Shown here: positions 47,047-56,523 of the stretch, piece by piece
Layout of the letters: each line of letters starts with the position of its first letter
Numbering within the stretch: position 1 is the stretch's first letter
Assembly (NCBI GenBank): GCA_964526295.1
Contig: CAZGKW010000013.1
Span: 31,468-95,467, forward strand
Origin: an uncultured Anaerolineales bacterium
Lineage (GTDB): Bacteria > Planctomycetota > Phycisphaerae > FEN-1346
Reading direction: 5' to 3'
DNA length: 64,000 nt
The notes under the pieces: generated by a model
The model's database searches: none
Told to the model about the DNA's origin: nothing
Seen by the model: the letters and a program-made list of their open reading frames with translations, nothing else
Position numbers and translations under genes: made by a program

Positions 47047-49104
47047 ATGCAGGCAAAGCGACTTCTGCTGCCGGTCCTGGCCGGGCTCGCCGTCCTGGGC
47101 GGCGCGGTCTGGGCCATCCGCGAGTTGCACGAGGAGGCAGTGGAACAGAGCCGAGAGGCGGCGTCCAAGGTACCTCGGCTCGACTTGGCCGAGCTCACGC
47201 CAGCGTGGCTGGTCCACCACGTCGAGCTACCCCCGGAGGCCGTGCCAAGCCCACAGACGGCCGAGCCGTCTCCGGACCCCCGGAGCCGGCGGATCGCGGC
47301 CTGGCTTCTCGGCCGACCGCCCATCGCCGGCCTGCCGGTCAAGTTTTGTGGACACCGGCAGGCTCTGGCCAACTACCGAAAGGGCGTGATCCAGTTCCGC
47401 GAATTCCCACCGATCCCTTGGCGAGCACCGGTAGATTGGACGGAGGGCCCGAGCTGGACGTTCCTGGCCGAGCTCCACTCCTGGCGGTACCTGACCCCCG
47501 TAATCAACGAGTACGCCCGGACGGGTGATCCGCAACTCCTGAAGGACGTGGTCGACATCGTGCTGGACTGGTCCCGATCGAACCCCCCGCCCGAAGGCGC
47601 CCATCGCAGGGCTTGGCACGACGGATCCGTGGTCAAGCGGACCGGCGTCCTGCTGATCCTGCTGAACGCCTATCGGCAACAAGGGGCGTCCCCCCGCCTG
47701 CCCGTCCAGGCGCTGATGGCGCTGATCCATCAGCACGCCCGGGCCGTGGCCAGCCCGGAGCGATACATGGGACTGGGCAACCACGGCCTGCGCCAGGACA
47801 TGTCCCTCTACTTCGTGGCCACGGGGGTGCCCGAGTTCAAAGCGTCCCCCGGGTGGAGAAGACTTGCCGAGGAGCGTCTCCGGCGACAGATCCGCGAAGG
47901 ATTCACCGCCGAAGGGGTCTGGCGCGAGCACTCTCCCGGCTACCACGTCTACGTCATGCTGCGGCTGCACGACTTGACCCGTTTCATGCAGGCCCTCGGC
48001 ATCGACGAGCCCGAGTGGCTGCGTCAGCACGTCCTGCGGTCGCAGCACTACCTGGCACACGTGATGACGCCCGAGGGCAACCTGCCGCCGGTCGGCGACA
48101 CCAATCTCAAGCCCCTCCCGGACGCCTATCCGATACGGCTGCCGGCGCTGCGGTATACCGTCACAGGCGGCCGGGAAGGCCGGCCGCCGTCCGAGCGCGT
48201 AGGCTTCTTTCCGGGCGCCGGCGAGGTGACGTTTCGCCGCACCTGGGGCCCCACGCCGGCCGACGTTCGCGACTCGCTCTACCTCCATCTGCACGCCGAC
48301 TCCCCCGGCCGCTTCGGCCATCGCCACGAGGACGCCCTCTCGTTCATCCTCTACGCCCACGGTAACTGGTGGGTAATCGACCCCGGCAAGTACCGGCCTC
48401 GGAAGGACGCCTTCCGCGAGTATGTGGTCGGCCAATGGGCCCACAATACCTACGTTCTGAACGAAAAGCCCGTCCACCCCCGAGTGCCGCTGGACAAGGG
48501 TGTTGGGATAGAGGGAGAGCCTGTGGTCCGCGACGATCTCCTGGCGGTGGCAGCCTTCTCCGGGCGTTTCTCCTCCCCCGCCCAAGCCACGCGGGTCCTG
48601 GCGTACCTGCCGGGGGAAGACACGCTCGTCGTGCTGGACGTTCTGCGGGCCGAGCCCGGCGACCGCTGGACAGGCCACTTCCACGTGGCCCCCGAACTGA
48701 AGACCGAGGTCCGCGGCCACTGCGTGACGGCTTCCGCCGACGACCGGGCCTGGATGCTGGACGTCGCCGACTCCCGGCAGGAGAACGACCGGCTCGAGAT
48801 CGTCCGCGGCAGAGAGGACCCCCTACTCGGTTGGGCCTATCGCAGGGGCCGCGGCAGGCGTCCCCTGTCAACGCTCCAGTACCGGAGATCGGGCCACCGG
48901 CGGGAGGTGGCCACCGTGTTCCGCTGGCGCCGTCCCGACGCCGGTCCCACGGAAGGCATGTCCGTCCTGCGGCAGGGCAACGGGTACCTTGTCCGATGGC
49001 ACGCGGACGGACAGAAGCACGAAATCCGCTTCGATCTGGCGGACGGCCTGCGCGTCACTCAGCGCGAAGCGGGCTTGACGAACCCCGGGCCCTCCGTACC
49101 ATAG
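47047..49104 (+). CDS. Heparinase II/III-fold protein with an N-terminal signal/anchor. It is either a polysaccharide lyase or a uronyl C5-epimerase-like enzyme.
   Basis: It has the N-terminal hydrophobic MQAKRLLLPVLAGLAVLGGAVWA segment. The Hepar_II_III-like block is YLHLHADSPGRFGHRHEDALSF. The (alpha/alpha)-toroid portion is about 690 aa. Confidence 0.6.
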   Translation: MQAKRLLLPVLAGLAVLGGAVWAIRELHEEAVEQSREAASKVPRLDLAELTPAWLVHHVELPPEAVPSPQTAEPSPDPRSRRIAAWLLGRPPIAGLPVKFCGHRQALANYRKGVIQFREFPPIPWRAPVDWTEGPSWTFLAELHSWRYLTPVINEYARTGDPQLLKDVVDIVLDWSRSNPPPEGAHRRAWHDGSVVKRTGVLLILLNAYRQQGASPRLPVQALMALIHQHARAVASPERYMGLGNHGLRQDMSLYFVATGVPEFKASPGWRRLAEERLRRQIREGFTAEGVWREHSPGYHVYVMLRLHDLTRFMQALGIDEPEWLRQHVLRSQHYLAHVMTPEGNLPPVGDTNLKPLPDAYPIRLPALRYTVTGGREGRPPSERVGFFPGAGEVTFRRTWGPTPADVRDSLYLHLHADSPGRFGHRHEDALSFILYAHGNWWVIDPGKYRPRKDAFREYVVGQWAHNTYVLNEKPVHPRVPLDKGVGIEGEPVVRDDLLAVAAFSGRFSSPAQATRVLAYLPGEDTLVVLDVLRAEPGDRWTGHFHVAPELKTEVRGHCVTASADDRAWMLDVADSRQENDRLEIVRGREDPLLGWAYRRGRGRRPLSTLQYRRSGHRREVATVFRWRRPDAGPTEGMSVLRQGNGYLVRWHADGQKHEIRFDLADGLRVTQREAGLTNPGPSVP

Positions 49105-49176
49105 CGGCGTCTTCCGTCCTCTGCAGTTCGTGTCCGCGCCAACGGCTCGTCCGCCCGAGCGTCCGGGATCGGTGCC

Positions 49177-50079
49177 ATGGCCTATCGCTTCGCGGAGTAT
49201 CTGATGTTACTCGATGCCGTGGCGGAGGCCGGCATACCCACCCGGACCGTCAGGGAGTGGGGGCCGCCCGGCCTCTACATCCTCCACGACGTCCACTCAC
49301 AGATCGAACCGTGCCGCGCGTTTGCCCGGGAGGAGGCACGCCGGGGCGTCCGGACGAGTTTCTTCTTCCTCCCGGAGTCGCGGTACAATCGCGAGTGGTT
49401 CGGGACGAGCCAGATGTTCGATGTCCTGGCCGACCTCCGCGACGCCGGAGCGGAACTGGGCTTTCACATCGACCCGTTCGAACTGGACATCCTGTACGGC
49501 CGTTTCGACTTCCTCTACCGGCCCGTCTATCGCCGCGTCCGGGAGTGGAAGGCATACTTCCACCGGCGGGGTTTCCCGATGGCCGTTGCGAATCTGCACG
49601 GCTCGACGAAGCATCGTCGGTCGGGCATGGTGGCGTCGGACTTCTTCCGAGAGACGCAGCGGGACCGGAACGTGATCCGGGGGTGCGACCCCTCACGCTT
49701 CCATCCTCACTTTGGGCGGTATAGGCTCCGCAGGCTCCCGTTTGACCGAACCGTCGTCCTCTCAATGGTTTACGAGCAGCGGGCACGGCGGCTCACCCAC
49801 CCGGACTACTATCTCAGCGACAACAGCAAACGCATCGTGCTCCACAAGATCGATCCGGAGAGGGAACTCAGCCTCCTCCTGACGGATTTTCACGCCAACG
49901 TGGAGCACCTCCGCCGGACCGGCCGCTACGAGGAGCTCCGGCGTCACGTGGAGCTGGAAGGCGACCTCTGGTCGCTCGATGCGGACCTGATAGCCGAGCT
50001 GGTCCGCCGGATCGACGGTCGCCGCGTCCTGGCCCTGATCCATCCGCAGTGGTTCCACGGGGCCGAAGATGAAGTCTAA
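49177..50079 (+). CDS. Deacetylase-like domain protein, the third paralogue
   Basis: The blocks YILHDVHS / SFFFLPE / LGFHIDP align with the other two copies. Confidence 0.5.
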   Translation: MAYRFAEYLMLLDAVAEAGIPTRTVREWGPPGLYILHDVHSQIEPCRAFAREEARRGVRTSFFFLPESRYNREWFGTSQMFDVLADLRDAGAELGFHIDPFELDILYGRFDFLYRPVYRRVREWKAYFHRRGFPMAVANLHGSTKHRRSGMVASDFFRETQRDRNVIRGCDPSRFHPHFGRYRLRRLPFDRTVVLSMVYEQRARRLTHPDYYLSDNSKRIVLHKIDPERELSLLLTDFHANVEHLRRTGRYEELRRHVELEGDLWSLDADLIAELVRRIDGRRVLALIHPQWFHGAEDEV

Positions 50080-51226
50080 GCCTCAGAAGACGCGACGCTC
50101 TTCGCGGCGGGCCCGCCGGGTGGCACACGTCTGCGTGGTCCACGCCGCCGGCGACGCCCGCATCTTCCTGAAGGAGTGCCGGACGCTCGCCGCACAGGGG
50201 TACGACGTCCACCTGGTGGCGCCGGAGCCCGGACCCGAGGCGCCGGGCGAGGTCGCGTTTCACCCGGTCCGGCGGGCACGTCCGCGGGTCGCCAGCGTCG
50301 TGGCGAGTCTGGCGGACGCGTTCCGGCAGGTGACCTGCATCCGGCCGGACGTCGTCCACCTGCACGAGCCGGTCCTGCTGCCCCTCGGCCTGATGGCGAA
50401 GGCGGCCGGAGCGGCCACCGTGATCTACGACGCCCACGAGGACGCGCCTCGCCAGGCGCGGTCGGTCGGACGCAATCAGAACCGCCCGGTCTATGGATGG
50501 GCCCTCTCGGTCGCCTACGCCGCCCTGGTGTCCACGGCCCGTTTCTTGGACGGCTTCGTGTGCGCGACGCCGGCCATCGCCGCCCGGTTTCCGGCCGGTC
50601 GGCGGGTGGTGGTCCGCAACTTCCCGCAGCGCCGGGAGTTCGCCTCCGCGGCCCAGGTCCCCTACGCCGACCGCCCGGCCCGGGTGATCTACGCGGGCGG
50701 CATCTCACGGACCCGCGGCATCCGCGAGGTGGTCCTGGCGGCCGAGCGTCTGTCTTCTGCTCTCGGGGCCCGGTTCAGGCTGGCGGGGCGGTTCGCCCCG
50801 GCGGCGCTGCGCCGCGAAGTCGAGGCCCTGCCCGGGTGGGACCGCACGGACTTCCTGGGCTGGTTGAGCCGCGAAGACCTTGCGGCCGAGCTGGGCCGGG
50901 CACGCGTCGGCCTGCTGCCGTTCCATCCCCAGCCGAACCACGTCCGGGCCTTGCCCGCGAAGCTCTTCGAGTACATGGCGGCGGGGCTGCCGGTCGTCGC
51001 GTCGGACTTCCCGCTCTGGCGGCGCCTCGTGGAGGGGCACGGGTGCGGCGTATGTGTCGATCCGCTCGACCCGGAGGCCATCGCCGGGGCGGTCCGGCAT
51101 CTGCTGGAGCAACCGGCCGAGGCCGAAGCCATGGGCAGCCGGGGCAGCGACGCCGTTAAGCACCGATACAACTGGGACCGCGAGGCAGGGCGTCTGCTGG
51201 AGCTGTACCGCCGGCTCGGGGGGTGA
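50069..51226 (+). CDS. GT4-family (GT-B) glycosyltransferase
   Basis: It has GT4 C-terminal motifs (GLLPF..., KLFEYMAAGLPVVASD). Confidence 0.75.
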   Translation: MKSKPQKTRRSSRRARRVAHVCVVHAAGDARIFLKECRTLAAQGYDVHLVAPEPGPEAPGEVAFHPVRRARPRVASVVASLADAFRQVTCIRPDVVHLHEPVLLPLGLMAKAAGAATVIYDAHEDAPRQARSVGRNQNRPVYGWALSVAYAALVSTARFLDGFVCATPAIAARFPAGRRVVVRNFPQRREFASAAQVPYADRPARVIYAGGISRTRGIREVVLAAERLSSALGARFRLAGRFAPAALRREVEALPGWDRTDFLGWLSREDLAAELGRARVGLLPFHPQPNHVRALPAKLFEYMAAGLPVVASDFPLWRRLVEGHGCGVCVDPLDPEAIAGAVRHLLEQPAEAEAMGSRGSDAVKHRYNWDREAGRLLELYRRLGG

Positions 51227-51290
51227 GCGTCGCATGGGGCTCGCCCCCGGGGCCCGGCCGGGGTGCAGCAAGGCCGTCCGGGAGGTCGGG

Positions 51291-52232
51291 ATGCTCTCGA
51301 GAGCCAGGATGGGCCGCTTTCTTCGCCGCCTTGGCGGAGCGGCCCTCTTCGCCCTGGTCCTCGTGTTCGTCGGACGGGAGTTCGTGCGGCGCCTCGCCGA
51401 CTTCGACTGGCAGGCGGCATCGTTTGCGCCCGGCTACGCGGCCGCGGCGGCGGCGGCCCTGCTGGCGGCCAACGCCCTCCTCGGCGTGCCCTACCGACAC
51501 CTCGTGGCGCGGCTTTCCAGGCGCCTGCCGCTCGCCTTCGTCAGTGCCGTCGCATGGGTCAGCCAGACGGGCAAGTACGTACCCGGCAAGGTGCCGAGCG
51601 TGGCGACGCTGGTATGGCTGCTCTACCGACGGGGCGTGCCGCGGCGGGCGGGCCTGACGGCGGCGGTGATGGTCGCCGCCCTGTGGGTCGGGCTGGCGCT
51701 GATCATGGCGGCGCCGCTGGGCCTGTGGGAGCCGGTCCGGGAGCGGGTGCCGCCGGCGTGGCTATGGGGAGCGGCGGCAGCGGCAGCCGGCCTGGCGGGG
51801 CTGCACCCGAGGGTCCTCGGCCCGGTCGCCAGCGCCGTCCTCAGGCGGCTGGGGCGAGACCCCCTCGGGCCCCTGCCCCGGGTCCGCGACTACGCCCTTC
51901 CGGCCGCCGCCCTCGCCCTGTACCTGGGGCTGAACGGCGTCGCGCTCTGGCTCGTGGCGCGGGCCGTGACGGACGTGCCGGTCGGCCTGCTCGGGCTGTT
52001 CATCGGGGCGACGGCCCTGGCGTACGCGGCGGGGTTCCTGTCGCTGTTCGCCCCGGCCGGGATCGGCGTCCGCGAGGGCGTCCTGCTGCTCGTCCTCGGC
52101 CTCGTCCTGCCGCGGGGGGTCGACGCGGCGGCCGTGACGGCCGTCCGGCTCCTGACGATCCTGGTGGAAGTCGGGCTGGCGGGGGTCGGCCTGGCGCTGC
52201 TTCGACGGGGACGGCCTGACGCCTCGACTTGA
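51291..52232 (+). CDS. Polytopic membrane protein of the flippase-like / lysyl-PG-synthase TM-domain (UPF0104) type
   Basis: It has about 8 TM helices and is Ala/Leu-rich. A GGAGG RBS is present. This family is commonly found next to GT genes. Confidence 0.5.
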   Translation: MLSRARMGRFLRRLGGAALFALVLVFVGREFVRRLADFDWQAASFAPGYAAAAAAALLAANALLGVPYRHLVARLSRRLPLAFVSAVAWVSQTGKYVPGKVPSVATLVWLLYRRGVPRRAGLTAAVMVAALWVGLALIMAAPLGLWEPVRERVPPAWLWGAAAAAAGLAGLHPRVLGPVASAVLRRLGRDPLGPLPRVRDYALPAAALALYLGLNGVALWLVARAVTDVPVGLLGLFIGATALAYAAGFLSLFAPAGIGVREGVLLLVLGLVLPRGVDAAAVTAVRLLTILVEVGLAGVGLALLRRGRPDAST

Positions 52233-52337
52233 TGCATTTCCGCCGGGAACCCGCCCGTTCGGCGCGGTTTAACGAAACATCACAGGAGGGATTCGTCCCG
52301 CCAGGTCGTCCGCCCGAACTCGTAGGATGGCAAGACT

Positions 52338-54521
52338 ATGAAGCATGTGGCGATTGTGTGGGCCTGTACGGTCCTGGCCGCAGCTACCGCAGACGCCGAC
52401 GTCCGGATCGAGGTCGTCCCGCCCTTCGTCCGCATCGGCCCGAAGGCCGCCGCCGACATGGGCCCCGCCGCGTCCAAGGTGATCGACCTGCGTGCCCCGC
52501 GTAACGGCATCGCCTCGGCCCAGGTGGTCGTCCGCGCGGAGGAGCCGTTCAGCGGGCCCTCGGCCTCGGCGAGCGATCTCACGGGCGAGACGGGCGGCCG
52601 CATCCCGGCCGAGGCCGTCCGCCTCCGCTACGGCCGCCTCGGAGGCGCCTATGTGCCCCTGCTGGACGAGCCCGCCTCCGGCGAAGCCCTCCACATGGTG
52701 TGGCTGACGGTCCGCGTGCCGGAAGACGCCCGGCCCGGGGCATACCGCGGGAAGCTTGACCTCCGCGGACCGTTCGGCTCGCGGACCGTGCCGATCGAGC
52801 TCCGGGTCCATGCCTGGCGCGTCGGCGATCCGCACCAGTGGCGGACCTGGGTCAACCTGCTCCAGTCGCCCGAGTCGGTGGCGGCCCACTACAAGGTGCC
52901 GCGGTGGTCCGACAGGCACTTCCGCCTGATGGAGAAGTCGCTGGCCCTGATGGGGGCGGCGGGCAACGACGTGCTGGGCATCTCGGCCGTCCGCGAGACC
53001 GTCTTCGGCGACGACCCGATGCTCGTCTTCCGCCGCACCGGCGACCGATGGGTCCCTGAGTTCGACCTCGTCGAGCGATACCTCGGCCTCTACGACCGCC
53101 ACGCCGGCGAGCCGGCCTACCTGGCCCTCCACGTGTGGTCCTACGGGATGTACTACAGGGGGGAGGGCCGCGACGGCGGCAAGGAGCAGGTCCGGGCCGA
53201 GACGATCCCCGTCCTGGAGCGCCGCGGCGGCGAACTCGTGCCGGTCGAGATGCCCATCTTCGGAGGGCCCGGCACGGGGCCCGTCTGGCGGGCCGTCGTC
53301 GAGGGCCTCAAGGCCCGCTTCGAGCGGCTCGGCTGGACGCGGACGCGGCTCCTGCTGGGGACAGGCGGCGACACATGGCCCTCGCCCGAGACGGTCGGCT
53401 TCTTCCAGACGATCGCCCCGGACGTCCGGTGGCGTGTCCTGACGCACGGCTGCGGGTGCCCCAAGTGGGGACCGACCCCCCTGGAGCGGACCCAGCCGAA
53501 CGGCATGGTCGTCGGGTACCTGGAGATCGCCCGGCGCCTCACGAACCACCGCGACCGGCTGCCCGGCCGCCCCGTCGTCTGCAACAGCCGCGACCGCGTC
53601 GGCTCGGACCCCTTCGCCTACCGCGGCCTGGCGAGCGTGACGGTCTTCGGCCACGGCTACGAGGGCATCTGCTGGAAGGGCATCGACTACTGGACCTACA
53701 CGACGCCGGAGGGCACCCGCCGCAACGCCCTCAACACGTACGTCCACTTCGGCAACATGGTGGGCGGGACGCCGCGGGCCATGTGCGCCCCCGGCCCCGA
53801 CGGGGCGGTCACCACGCAGCAGTTCGAACAGCTCCGCGAGGGGCTCCAGGAGTGCGAGGCCATGCTCGCCATCCGGGCCGGCCTGGACCGCCTGTACCCC
53901 CAGCCGGTCACCCGCTGCGACGTGCTGCAACTCGTGCTCAAGGACGCCCTCGCCCGGGAGGACCGGCGGCGAAAGGCCGAGGGCGAGTTCGTCGACGTGC
54001 AGGACCTGGAACTGTCGCTCCGGTTCCGCGATGGGGAGTTGCTGCCCGAGGTCCGCTCGAAGGCGTCGACCTACAACACGGGCCGCCACACCGCACGGGC
54101 GAAGGCCCTGCCCTCCAGCGACAGCCTGCGGCTCGAAGTCGAGGTGACCATCGCCGACGACCCATGGATTGCCGGCGGCACCGGCACCTTCGTTCTGGAC
54201 CTGGAGCGGGGCAATCCGTCCTGCACGGGACGCTTCGAGGGCGCCTTCAACGGCCACGAGCGGGAGGGGCCGGTCATCGGGACGTTCGTGCCGAACGGGT
54301 ACGCCGTGCCCACAGGCGAACCCCGGCCGGGGACGGAGGCCGTCGCCCGCGCCGAGGCCGTCATCGAAACGGCCGTCGGCGTGGTGAAGACCCGCAAGCC
54401 CGATTCGCGGACGACGGAGGCGTGGCCGGAAGCGTTGGACCGACTCTACGAGGAAGCGGCGGCCATCGAGGCGAGCGCCGCGGCGACCCAGGTGAGTGCG
54501 GACCCCCGCGCGGCGAAGTGA
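52338..54521 (+). CDS. Secreted 727-aa protein of unknown function. It is a possible glycan-processing enzyme.
   Basis: It has a cleavable-type signal peptide (MKHVAIVWACTVLAAATADA). It is large and globular and is the last gene of the island. Confidence 0.4.
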   Translation: MKHVAIVWACTVLAAATADADVRIEVVPPFVRIGPKAAADMGPAASKVIDLRAPRNGIASAQVVVRAEEPFSGPSASASDLTGETGGRIPAEAVRLRYGRLGGAYVPLLDEPASGEALHMVWLTVRVPEDARPGAYRGKLDLRGPFGSRTVPIELRVHAWRVGDPHQWRTWVNLLQSPESVAAHYKVPRWSDRHFRLMEKSLALMGAAGNDVLGISAVRETVFGDDPMLVFRRTGDRWVPEFDLVERYLGLYDRHAGEPAYLALHVWSYGMYYRGEGRDGGKEQVRAETIPVLERRGGELVPVEMPIFGGPGTGPVWRAVVEGLKARFERLGWTRTRLLLGTGGDTWPSPETVGFFQTIAPDVRWRVLTHGCGCPKWGPTPLERTQPNGMVVGYLEIARRLTNHRDRLPGRPVVCNSRDRVGSDPFAYRGLASVTVFGHGYEGICWKGIDYWTYTTPEGTRRNALNTYVHFGNMVGGTPRAMCAPGPDGAVTTQQFEQLREGLQECEAMLAIRAGLDRLYPQPVTRCDVLQLVLKDALAREDRRRKAEGEFVDVQDLELSLRFRDGELLPEVRSKASTYNTGRHTARAKALPSSDSLRLEVEVTIADDPWIAGGTGTFVLDLERGNPSCTGRFEGAFNGHEREGPVIGTFVPNGYAVPTGEPRPGTEAVARAEAVIETAVGVVKTRKPDSRTTEAWPEALDRLYEEAAAIEASAAATQVSADPRAAK

Positions 54522-54584
54522 CCGGCACGCCCGAGCGGCGGTCCGCCGACGCCGAGAGGGGGCCTCGCCCAAACCGTCGAGCCG

Positions 54585-55829
54585 TCATTCCTCCTCGGGG
54601 TAGCCATACTGGTCCGGCGGGGTCCCATGGGACTCAAGGACCCGAGGCCGGTCAAACCCTCGGCTTGAGGGGTCCACGCGGACCAGCCGCACATTGAAGG
54701 ACCAGCAATCTCCGAAGTCGTAGAGAAACTCCATCGCCTCGCCGTCGGCCAGCGGCAGATCGCCCAGTCGCACGTCCGCCGTGGAGGGTGACTCTTCACA
54801 GAACGGATGAAGGAACCTGGTGGATCCGCCGAAGCGGTCCGCGCACGTGAACGAATAGAGGTGGTCCAGGTCGAAGTTGAAGGCGTGCACGATGCCGACG
54901 GCCAGGTCATCCAGCGTCCGGCCGGCCGATAGCCCGATCCGCCGTCGCGCACGGCCCAGCGAGACGCCAAAGACCCACACCCCTTTCCGGAAAGCGGGCG
55001 CCGAAATCTCCAGGTCCTTCTGCCACGCGGGTACGAACGGCCCGAACACCTCCCGGAGACCCCCGGATGTCGTCGATTTCGGTTCGCCCTCGCACAAGAT
55101 ACGCAGCAAGTGGTCAGGGTCGCGCAGCGGCCGGAAGATCGCCCGGCCCCACGCCGTGCGGCGGATGGCCTTCGGCTGCCAGGTCCGGCCTTCCACCGGG
55201 GGCCCCTGGTCCACGGCCAACAGGCCGAACATGTCCATCAGCATAAGTTCCCAAGCGGTGGCCCATGCGCCCGCCACGTACCGTCCGCCTTGCACCTCGT
55301 CGTCGATTTGCAGGCCGTCCTTCGGAAGGGCCTCCCAGAGCATCAAGGCCGAAGTGAGACAGCCAAAAACCGGGGTTCGGCGCTCGCCCACGACCTCGGG
55401 CCGGCCGTTCAGCAGCCAAGCCTCCAGGAGCGCGAAGTACCGCTCGGTCGCATTGAGGCCCTGCCACAACTCGTGGACCTCTTCGTCCACAACCAGGCAG
55501 CCCTTTGTCCCGCCGGCCTTGGCCTGGATCAAGCCGCTGCACCGGCCCACGAGATACAGGCCGTGAAGGTTCGGATAGGACTGCTGTTGTGGGCGTTTCA
55601 AGCGGACCGCCAAAGGGCGGCCCATCCGCGAGTTGAGCTCCACCAGGCACGAGCCCGGCAACAAGCCCCGACGGGCGGTGCTCCGAACCCCTGCGGGCCC
55701 GATGAAGTCCAGCAGGACCCCGAAGTCGTGCAGGATAGGCCCGGGGTGCTCGTCGTCGATGGTCTGCTCGCGGAACGTACGAACCGCGTCCAGCGAGATC
55801 ACGGCCTGATTTCGACTTCTGGCCGCCAC
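54585..55829 (-). CDS. PRiA4b-ORF3-like domain protein
   Basis: The C-terminal FLYDFGDCWSFNV block resembles the YDFGDxWxH signature of PF07929-type proteins. The GTG start was chosen for a strong GGAAGGAGG RBS. Confidence 0.45.
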   Translation of the reverse strand: MAARSRNQAVISLDAVRTFREQTIDDEHPGPILHDFGVLLDFIGPAGVRSTARRGLLPGSCLVELNSRMGRPLAVRLKRPQQQSYPNLHGLYLVGRCSGLIQAKAGGTKGCLVVDEEVHELWQGLNATERYFALLEAWLLNGRPEVVGERRTPVFGCLTSALMLWEALPKDGLQIDDEVQGGRYVAGAWATAWELMLMDMFGLLAVDQGPPVEGRTWQPKAIRRTAWGRAIFRPLRDPDHLLRILCEGEPKSTTSGGLREVFGPFVPAWQKDLEISAPAFRKGVWVFGVSLGRARRRIGLSAGRTLDDLAVGIVHAFNFDLDHLYSFTCADRFGGSTRFLHPFCEESPSTADVRLGDLPLADGEAMEFLYDFGDCWSFNVRLVRVDPSSRGFDRPRVLESHGTPPDQYGYPEEE

Positions 55830-55894
55830 CGCGGGCCTCCTTCCGAAATACCTCCCGCAACGTCGCTCCGACAAGCGCCCTGACAGACGGCCGC

Positions 55895-56518
55895 TCAGCC
55901 CCCAAGGCCGGCGCGGGCGTGGGCCCGAAGGGCCTGGACGCGTTGCCGCCATTGGCGGTCGGCGGCCTCCCACCTCTTCACCTTCCCGCCGGCCCGGGCG
56001 GCCTTGATCCCGCCGATGATCAGGTTCAGCAAGCCGCCCAGGATACAGACGCCCCCCACGAGGAGCAGCGGCTCCAGTTCCGGATCGGCCTGCCCTGCGC
56101 CGAGGGCCACCACGCCGAGCGGCAGCGCCACCACCCCCACGATGACCCACCGGACACCCTTGCGGCGGGCCCGCCGCAGGCGAGGCAGGGCGACGCGCAT
56201 CCGGCCCTGGAACGTGGCGTACTGCTCGCGGGCCTCATCGAGGGCCAGCCGGGCCTGTTCCCGGGCGGCCATCGCCTGGTGACGCTGCATCAGGCCGTCC
56301 GTCGTGTCCCGGACGGCCGTCATGTGGTCCTGGATCTCGGTGACCCGGCCGTGGACCTCATCGATGGCCCGCTTGAGGACCGTCAGCTCGATCGAGCCGT
56401 CGGCGGCCCGCGTCACGCGGAAGACCGACCGGCAGCTCGAGCACCGGACGGCGTCGGACGTGTCCTCGACGTGCAGGTTGTCGCCGCAGTTCCTGCACTC
56501 GAAGGTCTGGAGTTCCAT
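55895..56518 (-). CDS. Zn-ribbon / coiled-coil / single-TM protein
   Basis: It has an N-terminal CxxC...CxxC ribbon (CRNCGDN...CSSCRS), a central coiled coil and a C-terminal TM helix. It starts 5 nt after the upstream gene's stop. Confidence 0.5.
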   Translation of the reverse strand: MELQTFECRNCGDNLHVEDTSDAVRCSSCRSVFRVTRAADGSIELTVLKRAIDEVHGRVTEIQDHMTAVRDTTDGLMQRHQAMAAREQARLALDEAREQYATFQGRMRVALPRLRRARRKGVRWVIVGVVALPLGVVALGAGQADPELEPLLLVGGVCILGGLLNLIIGGIKAARAGGKVKRWEAADRQWRQRVQALRAHARAGLGG

Positions 56519-56523
56519 GCGGC

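Noticed and set aside
46758-47528. 256-aa ORF spanning the GT4-to-heparinase intergenic region and the heparinase-like 5' end
   Set aside because: It overlaps the signal-peptide-encoding start of the better-supported heparinase-fold gene. Its translation is low complexity.
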